Source: Octopus sinensis (Eukaryota). From it: a DNA stretch of 20,274 bases. The stretch lies in contig NW_021824006.1 in NCBI RefSeq assembly GCF_006345805.1, forward strand, positions 1 through 20,274. Direction: 5' to 3'. The translations under genes and the position numbers were made by a program. Position 1 is the stretch's first letter. Every line of letters starts with the position of its first letter. The notes below the pieces were generated by a model that worked only from the letters and a program-made list of their open reading frames with translations, was not told where the DNA came from and did not search any database. Of this stretch, positions 9,641-20,164 are shown piece after piece.

Positions 9641-9731
9641 GCAAAAGCGATTTTACTGGGATTTGAACCAGGAACGCAGAGACCGAAAATGAATTCTGCA
9701 AAACATTCTAACCGGCACTCCAGCGACTCAA
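9641..9731 (-). mobile_element. SINE family A, old 5' fragment in inverted orientation
   Basis: Reverse complement GAGTCGCTGGAGTGCCGGTTAGAATGTTTTGC...GCGTTCCTGGTTCAAATCCCAGTAAAATCGCTTTTGC aligns loosely to the 5' half of family A, including the B box GGTTCAAATCC. Confidence 0.6.
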
Positions 9732-9751
9732 CGTTTCTGATTCCAACTCCT

Positions 9752-9766
9752 CTTTCTTTTTTCCTT

Positions 9767-9801
<35 letters not shown>

Positions 9802-9983
9802 TCATCTATTCCTCACACTCAGGGATCATCATATACACACACACATAGACTCACATTCATTCACATACATCTACACACATACAAAACGTCTTTGTAATAC
9901 GCACACATACGCATATAGTACTCTACACGCGGACGAGCACACGCATGCTCACACACGGAACGTCACATTCAGAATGTCCTTCA

Positions 9984-10015
<32 letters not shown>

Positions 10016-10199
10016 TACACACACACACATACAGGGAACATCTCTCTCAGACAATCACCGAAAACGTCATATACACACATATCCACACATACATATAGAG
10101 TACATCACACACACACACACACAGAGTGAAACACACACATACACATACAAGACATGCTTTTTACACGTACACGTTCATGCATGGAACATCTCACTCACG

Positions 10200-10230
<31 letters not shown>

Positions 10231-10265
10231 GCCTAACCACTGACACACACACACACACACAAACG
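9752..10265. repeat. (CTGT)n/(CT)n followed by a (CA)n-rich field
   Basis: Seen directly. Confidence 0.9.
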
Positions 10266-10790
10266 CGCTTGCGCACACATAGCCACACGCGCGCGCATCA
10301 CCGTACACCACTGCGCTCCTTATCCATGTTTATATGGCGGCTTTTTCCCAATAACATTTTGTTAAAGTAATATATTGCTACCGAAATCTTGACAAGCAAC
10401 AATGTTTTTGAAAAATTACTGCAACAAAAAACACAAACACAAAACGCCAAAATAAAACAAAAAAACCCCTTCAACCGCTCCGAGTTCACCGCCCTCCCTC
10501 ACCCACACACCTTATTTTTCGCATTATTTCCATTCTACGCTGTTCTTTTAGTGCCATTCTTCCTGTACCGTTGTCTTTCTGCTTCTTTATTTGGAGAGGA
10601 ATTAAGTTTACCATAATTCAATTGTGTTTCCATTGAGGACTGTAACAACAGCATCAGAACGAATGAAAGGACAGCCATGTTGCTAAGCCAAATCTTACCC
10701 CACCCCTCCCCCGCAGCGCCACCACCGCCACCACCACCACCACCACCAGTACGCTTCACAGCCTACGTATTATACACGCATTTTATAGGT
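10260..10790. promoter_or_regulatory. Promoter-like, CpG-retaining island between microsatellite blocks
   Basis: NRF1-like GCGCTTGCGCA (10265-10275), YY1-like ATGGCGGC near 10334, GC-box-like CCGCCC near 10488, and minus-strand TATAAAA (10781-10787). Motif matches only. Confidence 0.25.
10612..10678 (-). CDS. Candidate first coding exon encoding a signal-peptide-like sequence, MAVLSFVLMLLLQSSMETQLNY
   Basis: Kozak-like AACATGG at 10678, hydrophobic core, phase-1 donor G|GTAAAC at 10611, and TATAAAA upstream on the minus strand at 10781-10787. No homology recognised. Confidence 0.2.
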
Positions 10791-10799
10791 ATATATCAA

Positions 10800-11007
10800 G
10801 ATTTTATATATATATATGTATATACATGCTCTATATACATACATATCCCTGTGCGTACACACACACACACACATATATATACTCAAATATAGAAGCAAGC
10901 ATAAATATATACTTATTTATAAATGTGTTTGTGTTGTGTGTGTGTGTGTGTTGTGTATGTGTGTGTGTGCACAAGAGGTAGTGTAGGAAGCGATCTGTTC
11001 ATATTAA

Positions 11008-11048
<41 letters not shown>

Positions 11049-11420
11049 TATATTATATATATATAAATATATACGGTGTGTGTGGATATGTATATACTCG
11101 GGTACAGGCAGAAAATACACACCCATTACATTTGTGCATGTGTATTTGTGAATATGTATGTACGTCTATATATATATATGTGCGTGTGCATGTGTGTGCA
11201 TGTGTGTGCGTGTGCATGTGCTTGTGTCTCTGTGTATGTGTGTATATATATATATATATATGTGTGTGTGTTTGTGTGTTTGTGTGTATGTGTGTGTATG
11301 TTTGTATGAATTTATGTTTACGCTTGGTATTTACGTAGCATTACAATTAAATATAGAGAGACGGTTCGCTAGATAAACAGGTATAGATAGATGCGATACT
11401 TACAAACAATCACACCCACA

Positions 11421-11454
<34 letters not shown>

Positions 11455-11704
11455 TGCATACACACGCATACATCATGCATATACAAAAACATACATTCAT
11501 TCTGACACATACTCTACAACACCATACGTTTACGCGCATTTGGGTCACAATTAATGATATAAAGAATGTTATATAATGCTCTGTATATCTTTATATACAT
11601 AATGTATTATATGTGAGTGTATATATATATAATATATTAATACATATATCTATATATGCATATATATATATATATATATTATTATATATATGTATATATA
11701 TATA

Positions 11705-11743
<39 letters not shown>

Positions 11744-12125
11744 ATATATATATATACTTTTATATATTCTCAGACATTAATGTATATATTTTTGTAAATA
11801 GAGATAAATATATACACACGCATATAGTACATATATACACACACACGTATATGTATATGCATGTATGTATATATGTATATATATATGTGTGTATGTGTGG
11901 TGTGTGTGTGTGTGTGTGTGTATAAGCTTATCATTCATTTCGTTACTCGGAGTTTCACGTTAAGCATCGGAAATACACACATGGATATATGGTTAACTGA
12001 CACACACACACATGCATACATACAGACACATATACATAAATGCACATACACACATACATACATATAAACACACACACATAGATACATACATATATGCACA
12101 CATACATGTATACACACATGTAGAT
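10800..12125. repeat. Large TA/TG/CA mosaic microsatellite fields
   Basis: Seen directly, with short unique interruptions. Confidence 0.9.
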
Positions 12126-12269
12126 TCCTATAGAAGCACACAAAACCCGTTCGCGCGCTCGCACATGCATTCCGACTCTCTTCAACAAATATTTGTCTTT
12201 TGCGGTTAGGTGTGTGTATGGGCGGTGGGTTTTCCTGTCTTTCTATGTTGTTAATATGTATAAGCATAT

Positions 12270-12554
12270 ATGAGCATGTGTGTGTGTGTGTGGTGTGTGT
12301 GTGTGTGTGTGTGTGTGAGACTCTTATGTAGCTTGGTTCATCCGTTTTCTTTTAGATTTTCCACGAAATTCAAAGGTTGGATCCTTCACTGCTTTTCAAA
12401 ACTCCTCCTCCTCCTCCTCCTCCTCCTACTACTACTACTACTACTCGTGAATTTGTATATATATATATATATGCATTTAAGGCACACGTATCTGCACCCT
12501 TACCTACACGCACACACACTCACACGCCTTCATGCACATATACGTACAAATATG

Positions 12555-12592
<38 letters not shown>

Positions 12593-12771
12593 TAGAGAGA
12601 GAGAGAGAGAGAGGTAGAGAGAGAAAGAGATGCGAATAGGAGGGAATGTAAGATAGATCTAGATACAAATGTTTATGTGCTCTCCTGTCATTCCCTCGTA
12701 TTACACACACACCACACACACACGCACACATATTTGTATAATGTAAATATTCATACATATAAGTGTGTGCG

Positions 12772-12811
<40 letters not shown>

Positions 12812-12827
12812 CGTGTGTGTGTGTATG

Positions 12828-12861
<34 letters not shown>

Positions 12862-12945
12862 GTGTGTGTATGTATATATATATATATATGTGTGCGTGTG
12901 TATTCAGAAATATACATACATATATACATACATACACATCCTCTT
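12270..12945. repeat. (TG)n, (CCT)n(ACT)n, (TA)n(GA)n and TA/TG arrays
   Basis: Seen directly. Confidence 0.9.
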
Positions 12946-13124
12946 TTGTCTGTATATATCCCCCCCACCCAATCCCATTGTATTATAATAAATAATGTTA
13001 TAGCTTATTTCGTGCCTTTGTTTTGGTTCTGACGCAAAGAACAGGCAACAAATATGCACCATTCTCTTGTTTCCTGCTCACTTCTTCCCCAAATTCTTTG
13101 TTAGGATAAAGTGGATTAAGGAGT

Positions 13125-13200
13125 CTGTGGAGTAGTGGGCATAATGCGCTGCCCGGTTTGTCTACCAGCACTTAGAAATAGAGTTCAAGTCCCTGTATGT
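13125..13200 (+). mobile_element. Possible ancient tRNA-like SINE head
   Basis: A-box-like TGGAGTAGTGG (13128-13138) and B-box-like GAGTTCAAGTCC (13181-13192) at tRNA-like spacing; no cloverleaf is evident. Confidence 0.3.
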
Positions 13201-13330
13201 TTCCACGTATATCATACTGATATAAATGAAATTGGACCATTTCTAATTTCTGGGGTCAGCGTAGGAATCGTGAACCCCAGCCCGTTATTATAATTATTAT
13301 TATCGTTAATATTATCATCATTATTTCTTA

Positions 13331-13557
13331 TTTCTTTATTGCCCACAAGGGGCTAAACATAGAGGGGACAAACAAGGACAGACAAAGGGATTAAGTCGAG
13401 TACATCGACTCCATGCGTAATTGGTACTTAATTTATCGACCCCGAAAGGATGAAAGGCAAAGTCGACCTCGGCGGAATTTGAACTCGGAACGTAGCGGCA
13501 GATGAAATACCGCTAAACATTTCGCCCGTCGGTCTAACGTTTCTACCAACTTGCCTT
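13331..13557 (-). mobile_element. SINE family A, near full-length and least degraded copy, with a variant 3' tail
   Basis: Reverse complement reads AAGGCAAGTTGGTAGAAACGTTAG..GGGCGAAATG..GAGTTCAAATTCCGCCGAGGTCGACTTTGCCTTTCATCCTTTCGGGGTCGATAAATTAAGTACC.. and ends CCCCTTGTGGGCAATAAAGAAAT. Confidence 0.92.
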
Positions 13558-13598
13558 ATCATCATTATTTCTATTATTAATTGCATTACTATTAAATA

Positions 13599-13804
13599 CG
13601 GTGAGCTGGCAGAATCGTTAGCATGCCGCACGAAATGCTTAGAAACATTTCGTCCGTTTTTTTGCTCTGAGTTCAAATTCTGCTGAGGTCGACTTTGCCT
13701 TTCATTCTTTCGGGGTCAATAAATTAAGTGCCAGTAGAGTACTGGGGTCGATGTAATCGACTTAACCCCCTCCCACAAGCTGCCCTTGTGGCAAATATTT
13801 GAAA
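13599..13804 (+). mobile_element. SINE family A, near full-length copy
   Basis: GGTGAGCTGGCAGAATCGTTAGC head, B box GAGTTCAAATTC, shared core and tail; about 77% identical by eye to the 13331 copy over about 130 nt. Confidence 0.92.
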
Positions 13805-13870
13805 TGATGATGATGATCATCATCATTATTATTATTGTTGTTGTTGTTGTTTTCGTCGTCGTCATCATCG

Positions 13871-13905
<35 letters not shown>

Positions 13906-13910
13906 TTGTT
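13805..13910. repeat. ATG/ATC/ATT/GTT/GTC trinucleotide mosaic directly after a SINE tail
   Basis: Seen directly. Confidence 0.9.
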
Positions 13911-14133
13911 ATTATACTGTTTACATATATCCAGGTTTCTTGATTTCTTCTATTTTTCGATAATGTGACGATGAAACTATCGTGTTGCAAGACTCTGATC
14001 TTCTACACCAACCCCAACATTTTCTGTCCCTGCACTCAGCCCAGTGCACCTAATCAGCAATTATGGCTTTATTTGGTCCACATCTGCATCCTTCATGCGC
14101 ATCCATTTTGGAGATTTTCTCTCCGTTATCTTG

Positions 14134-14247
14134 CTCCTCCTCCTCCTCTTCTTCTTCTTCTTCTTCTTCTTCTTCTTCTTCTCTTCTTCTTCTTCTTCTT
14201 CTTCTTCTTCTTCTTCTTCTTCTTCTTCTTCTTCTTCTTCTTCTTCT
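14134..14247. repeat. (CCT)n(CTT)n pure pyrimidine array
   Basis: Seen directly; one register slip. Confidence 0.97.
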
Positions 14248-14383
14248 CACGTGTATTTCATCCTGAGGTTTTGGTCACAACAAATTTTATCGAACAAATG
14301 TTTCACAGAATTGTTCGAGAACAGAAAATGACGTTTCCTGCAAGTCGACGAAGCCAGTTTCATTGTTCTCAAGACTCATAGGA

Positions 14384-14435
<52 letters not shown>
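14384..14435. repeat. (ACT)~17 microsatellite
   Basis: Seen directly. Confidence 0.97.
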
Positions 14436-14790
14436 TGACTACGACTGTTGTCGTCGTTGTTTTGTTTGATTTCATCTAGAAAGACTGTCTTAGGTTCTCA
14501 CCGTTCTCTTTTGGATTACAACCTTTTCCAAAGGTTTTCTAGAAACTGGATCTTTCCTTGGTTGTATCATGTGATCCTAATTTACATGGTAATTTTATTT
14601 AATATAATTATCTTAATTTAATTCATTTCCGCTGATCTTCCTCCTATCACAAATAGTTATCGAGAATATGGACTTTGCTTTAAAACGACTCAAATCGCAA
14701 AGAAGCAAAGAAGAAATAAAACGGTTCTGCAAGAGATGAAAAAAAAAGCATAAAACACCAACAAATCTGCTTCCGCAAAAATTCCTGCAG

Positions 14791-14865
14791 GATTTAATAA
14801 AACAATAACTTATTAAGTGGTTCTGACTGATTTAATAAAAAGTAGTTTATCAAGTGGTTTTGACT
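14791..14865. repeat. Two-unit tandem duplication (38 + 37 bp)
   Basis: GATTTAATAAAA...TTAT.AAGTGGTT.TGACT occurs twice; about 32/38 identical. Confidence 0.8.
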
Positions 14866-14929
14866 ACTCGTGTTTGGCGAAGGACAAATGGTTTTGATAC
14901 GGACAGATTCAAACGTCGCCAAGTGAGAA

Positions 14930-15415
14930 GTTTATTCGGTGCCAAATTTTTTATGGGTCACTTCCAGTCTTAAGTAATTGAATATAAAGAAATCAGCTTG
15001 GAATGGACCGATGGCCATATTATCTTCATAAAAACTATGTGTTCTTGGCTGAAATTATACTCTGAAAGGCTCAAGGAGATGTCTGACCTGGTTTTGTCTC
15101 ACTAAAGGAGAGAGAGTCTTACATTGTGTCCTCAAATCAGTTGTGTGGTGGACAGTGGTGAAATTGGTGGGGGTCATGTTCTATTTCAGAATAAAACCTT
15201 TTCAAGTTTCTCAAGAAACTCTAGGAGAGACAAATGAGGCTCGAGAGACATATGTACCCTACCGCAATTATTTGCATTCAAAAGATTTTAAGAAATATAT
15301 TTGAGAAGATGAATATGGTATGAAGAGAGAATCTTGCCTTCGGTTGGTCATCGCTTATGCAATGGGTTCCTGGGTCAGAGGGCAGATGGAACTCGGCAGG
15401 AAGCTTGGTTTTCTT
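14930..15415 (+). mobile_element. Probable decayed 3' end of a Tx1/L1-clade LINE (ORF2 C-terminus plus 3' UTR)
   Basis: Stop-free frame 15053-15301 encodes KSVVWWT, and a shifted frame gives RQMRLER. These, and the downstream TGAAGAGAGAATCTTGCC..GGTTGGT..ATGCAATGGGTTCCT, resemble my recollection of Octopus Tx1-like LINE ends. Not verified by search. Confidence 0.4.
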
Positions 15416-15724
15416 TCAATCAGAAACCTCCAATTTTGGTAATTTACATGTGGCTTGCATCGTTTTTAAATAAAATTGAATTTTGTATTTGATACGCACA
15501 CATAAACAGACACATACATACCATATAGACATCACATATATACACACACACACACGTGCGCATACAGCCCTCCCCTCCACGCACCCACACAAACACACTC
15601 ACACATTGACGTATAAGGGCGCAAATGCATAGGCAAGTTCAACTGAGATTATTTTCATGAACATTGAAGCGAGGAATATTCCACGGAAAACCAGAAACCG
15701 ATTAAATGGTTTCGTTATACCAAC

Positions 15725-16690
15725 AACAACCATGGGTTGTCACCTTCACCACTGACGCTTATACCGCCACCATCGCCTCGCCTCCGCCGGCACCACCGTC
15801 AACACCACAACCACAATTCGATTATTACAAATATCACAACAAACCATCCCCACCACCATCCCCACCACTATCACCAGCACAACCACTAATATAAGTCATC
15901 ACCTCCAAGCGTTGACCTGGCAGAGTCGTTGGCACTCCGAACAATAAATGTTAGAAGCATTTCTTCTTGTTCTTAACGTTGTGAGATCAATTTCCGCCGA
16001 CGTCAAATTTGCCTTTCATTTTTTCGGGCCTATTTTATATAAGTACCAGTTGTGTACTGGGGTCGATGTCATTAACTATTTCCCTCCCCTCCACCAAATT
16101 TCAGGTCTTGTGCCTATACTAGAGGGGAATATTACTCACCACCAGGTATCTCCAAAATTCGTAGAAACCTAAGTACTTAAGCAACAGGTTCCCCTCGCTC
16201 TAATTCTCATCACCACCAACATTATCATTACTATAACCATCACCACCATCACCACCATCGCCGCTATCTCTACCAACACAGCCACCACTCATATCACTAT
16301 CACAATCAACACCAACCCCACCATCATCAACGTCATGACAAACATCAACACCAACATTACCACCCCTCTTACTATCACTATCAGCACAGCCACCAAGATC
16401 ATCATCATCATCATCATTACCATCGCCACCCAAAAGAACAACATCACCATCACCATCACCATCGACATCAGTAGCAACAGGACCTCCACCACAACCCCAC
16501 CACAACCACCACCGCCCTAACCACAAAAACAACTCTGAAACCCTGAGCACCACTAAAACGCAACCACTCCATCAGCTGCCAATCCAATCCAGATCTGCCC
16601 CCCACCCTACTCTCCATTTCCACCTTCCACTACGCCCCCCCCCATCATAATCCAATCCCTCTCCGCCATTAACTACATCCAGAGACAATA
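15725..16690. repeat. CCA/CAT/CAA-rich degenerate trinucleotide tracts flanking the 15909 SINE
   Basis: Seen directly at 15725-15890 and 16207-16690. Confidence 0.85.
15909..16133 (+). mobile_element. SINE family A, diverged full-length copy
   Basis: GACCTGGCAGAGTCGTT head, TTTGCCTTTCAT core, AAGTACCAGTTGTGTACTGGGGTCGATG, and tail AAATTTCAGGTCTTGTGCCTATACTAGA as in the 9438 copy. Confidence 0.85.
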
Positions 16691-16984
16691 ACTTAAAGGT
16701 TTGTTCCATACAATTCTTTTCTCTCAATTCATTATTACATCAACGCTGTTATATTTGCGCTCTATCTTCAGCAATTCACCCAGCGCCATTTTAACAATCA
16801 ACAACACAACAACAACAACAACAACACTGGATTCACAAAACAGAGACAAGTAAAATAATGTCAGCGAGATTTCGTTTTCCTTTCTCTTATTTTTTTCTTA
16901 TTTCTTATTTCATTCTTTGTCTTCTCTCTTGGCTTATTATGGCTCCATATTCTATTATCTTCTATTTATTTATGTATTTACCAT

Positions 16985-16998
16985 AACAACAACGATTG

Positions 16999-17030
<32 letters not shown>

Positions 17031-17278
17031 GATATAATTATTTTTTATGATTACTATTATTATTTTCAGCATTGTTATTTTTATTGTTGTTATTATTGTT
17101 ATTATTATTACTGTGGTTGTTGCTATTGTAATTATTATTATTATTATTATTATTAGTATTAGTAGTAGTAGTTGTAGTAGTAGTATAATTGTGTTATTAT
17201 TGTTGTGTCCTTGTAATCTCCCATCATCCGTCACCCTTGTGGCAATAAAAGAAATGATTGTTATCAGTATTATTGTCA

Positions 17279-17350
<72 letters not shown>

Positions 17351-17409
17351 GATTGTTGTTATTATTATCATTATTATTATTATTATTATTATCATTATTA
17401 TTATCATTA

Positions 17410-17449
<40 letters not shown>

Positions 17450-17469
17450 GATTATTATTATTATTATAT

Positions 17470-17516
<47 letters not shown>

Positions 17517-17545
17517 TTCTGGTTGCTGTTATTATTATTAGTAGT
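16985..17545. repeat. Long (TTA)n/(TAG)n/(CTA)n compound trinucleotide field
   Basis: Seen directly. Confidence 0.95.
17200..17255 (+). mobile_element. SINE 3' tail remnant embedded in trinucleotide arrays
   Basis: GTCCTTGT....CCCTTGTGGCAATAAAAGAAAT matches the reverse complement of the tail of the 13331 copy. Confidence 0.55.
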
Positions 17546-17649
17546 AATATCTGATTCCGGTTTCTGTAGTATTGTTGAACACTTGATGTGAGAATCTGTT
17601 CCAATAAATATTTCTTCTGCAACAATGAATCCACGTTTGTATAGTTTGG

Positions 17650-17842
17650 GCGGGTGTGCGTGTGTTTGTGTTTGTGTGCGTGTGCGTGTGTGTGTCTGTG
17701 TGTGTGCGTGTGCGGGTATGTTTGTGAGGGTGTATGTGTAAGAGAGGTGAGAGTGGGTGTCTGATTGTATGGTTGTGTTTGTGTGTGTTAACCTATCTAT
17801 ATATCTGTGAGCAATATGTATATATTTACATATACAATCTAT

Positions 17843-17918
<76 letters not shown>

Positions 17919-17920
17919 CG
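17650..17920. repeat. (TG)n and (TA)n arrays
   Basis: Seen directly. Confidence 0.9.
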
Positions 17921-18969
17921 AGTATTTTTTTAGCATATCAAACTTGTGTGCGTACACACACACAAACACACGTGTATGTATGTATAATGTACGGGTGTTT
18001 GCGCATGGTGAAGCTGCAGATATTATTACCTCCTTTGTCGATGCTCATCTCGTCGCTACTCTGATGTCTCGGTTATTCAAATGTTCCTTGCAGTATTTTC
18101 AAGGAACTACGAGTAGCCACAAAGGTGAAACTCGCATTCAAATAAAAGAAAAAAAACCGATGACTCGCTCCATCACTCCCGAAACCTTTTCATAACCTGA
18201 GATCTTTGAAGCGGCAAATATTGAAAAATTTTATATTGTCTAGAAAAAATACCCCTTAGGATGATTTTTATTGGTTAATTCTCTTCAATTTTACCGCAAT
18301 ATTGAACGTTATCGCTATCTCTACTTTACGCTGTGCCTCTTCCATCCCAGTAATCACCACTAAATAGATGTGTGTATGTGTGTATCCGTAAACATAATTA
18401 GTGTCAGCGTTGAATGTATCTCCAATAAGGAAATGGTCAATTAGTGATAGGTCGTTAAACTTCAACACATTATTACATTGCAGTATATCCGCGTGGAAGC
18501 AGCTGGCTTGCGCAATCGAATAAAGTCATCATGAAGAGTAACATGTTTAGAATAAAAGAGAAGAGAATAGATTTCACAAAAAGTTCATTATTGTATTATT
18601 TTCAACAGCTGTTTCAATGAGGTACACATTGCTAAATGTATAACTGGATAATGGTGACAAATTATTAATTATTTTAAAAGCTGCGTTACTCAAAATAATA
18701 CATTGCGACAAATGCAGTCGTTGTTTTCTTGAAGTTTCTCTTTGCTTCCACAGAGTTTTCTGATTAATATAAGACAACATCATTTATGCCTTGGGTAATT
18801 AGCTTTTAAATTAATTGAATTAATCTATTAAGTATATCAGTTCTGTACTTACACATTTAATGATGTTTAACTACATGAAACAGATGTTGAACACAATATT
18901 GATTTATATTTTAAATTTTTCCTAATGTTACGGTATTTATATTTGCATATTTGCATGTGCGTACGCATA

Positions 18970-18971
<2 letters not shown>

Positions 18972-19022
<51 letters not shown>

Positions 19023-19130
19023 TATAGTATATATAATGTATACTATATATATATATATATATTAATATAATTATATAGATATTATTATTATATATATGTA
19101 TATATGAATACATATGCTTATATATATACA
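18972..19130. repeat. (TA)n interrupted array
   Basis: Seen directly. Confidence 0.9.
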
Positions 19131-19770
19131 CACAAGAGAGAACACGTGGCATTGTCACCGATCCACGTGCGAAAGTAAGTGAAGTTTTTATCGCTCCATT
19201 GCCCTTATCCACTTGTAAATAATGGAAGTTTCTTTGGTTGAAGATGTCTTGGAGTTGATAAATAAATACGTGTTAGAAACATATTGCCCTCTTTCGTTTG
19301 GGAAATCTATTATATACTAAATTGAACATGTTAACCATTTGTTGGAAATTGCTCAATTAGATGTGATGTAAGTGCCTACGAGTATTCACAGAAATGGTTT
19401 TCACTGAACTTTATACATTTCGGTGTGAGACAGAAATAATTAAGAAAGAATGTTTTCCTATAATGGATTCTCCAGTCTTAAATGCCATATTCTAATCAAT
19501 CTTTAACCTCAGGATATACTTTGATAGTGAAGTAGCAAATCCGAATGGTAAAATTTTTAATTATTTATAAAGAATTGTTTTAACCTCGCCTGCCTGAGCG
19601 GCCTTAACACGACATGCAAGTACATACCGTCGACAGAAAGATAGTAGAATTAATGCATTTACTTTTAAGGAGACTTTTGCTTGTTCGCACTGGAAATTAC
19701 TCTTCGGTTTACTCGGCCAATGGAAACTTAGAAGTTTGGTCTTATGTGCTGTACAGTTTAGTATGTTTAT

Positions 19771-19830
19771 ATTCTTTTCTACTTGACGCACAGGGCCCGA
19801 AATTTTGGGGGAAGAAACCAGTCGATTAGA
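19771..19830 (-). mobile_element. SINE family A 3' tail fragment
   Basis: Its reverse complement resembles the tail at 9575-9635 (CTAATCGACTGG..CCCCCAAAATTTCGGGCCCTGTGC). Confidence 0.6.
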
Positions 19831-20079
19831 TTAGTTTTAGTAGCGTGGACCATACATGTGATGTTGACATTAAAAAAAAACAATATTTACTCTCGTTAGA
19901 TGGAGAACTCTTTCACCGTTTTCTACCTGTATCTCTCTCTTCCTCTTCCTCTCTCGATATGGGTGATGTCCTGTACCCATATATGCATATGTACATGCAT
20001 ACACACGAATAAACACCCATATATATGGGTCAGGACGTCACCAACCTTGTAAACAACATGAAATACGAACAAACGAGTT

Positions 20080-20088
20080 ATATATATA

Positions 20089-20130
<42 letters not shown>
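20080..20130. repeat. (TA)n array
   Basis: Seen directly. Confidence 0.92.
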
Positions 20131-20133
<3 letters not shown>

Positions 20134-20164
20134 CGTAAGTGTGTATGTGCTTTTATATATTCCT

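Noticed and set aside
14655-14755. Plus-strand candidate terminal exon (YREYGLCFKTTQIAKKQRRNK or IENMDFALKRLKSQRSKEEIKRFCKR)
   Set aside because: These are short frames with no homology, directly adjacent to the probable LINE relic.
1725-16133. Recurring, roughly 200-bp repeats considered as a CRISPR-like or novel array
   Set aside because: They are dispersed, in both orientations, diverged, and carry Pol III boxes, so they are ordinary SINEs. The sequence is also eukaryotic.
16140-16199. Minus-strand 60-nt open segment SEGNLLLKYLGFYEFWRYLV with a strong GTGAGT donor
   Set aside because: The acceptor has no polypyrimidine tract and lies in a trinucleotide repeat.
18030-18110. SH3-like peptide QSSDEMSIDKG on the minus strand
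   Set aside because: There is a stop directly upstream in that frame, and all frames of the implied exon contain stops.
1768-19212. Dozens of ORFs rich in YI, HT, CV, poly-V, poly-L, poly-Y, poly-N or poly-R in the supplied track
   Set aside because: They are translations of microsatellites, which lack stops in some frames; there is no evidence they are coding.
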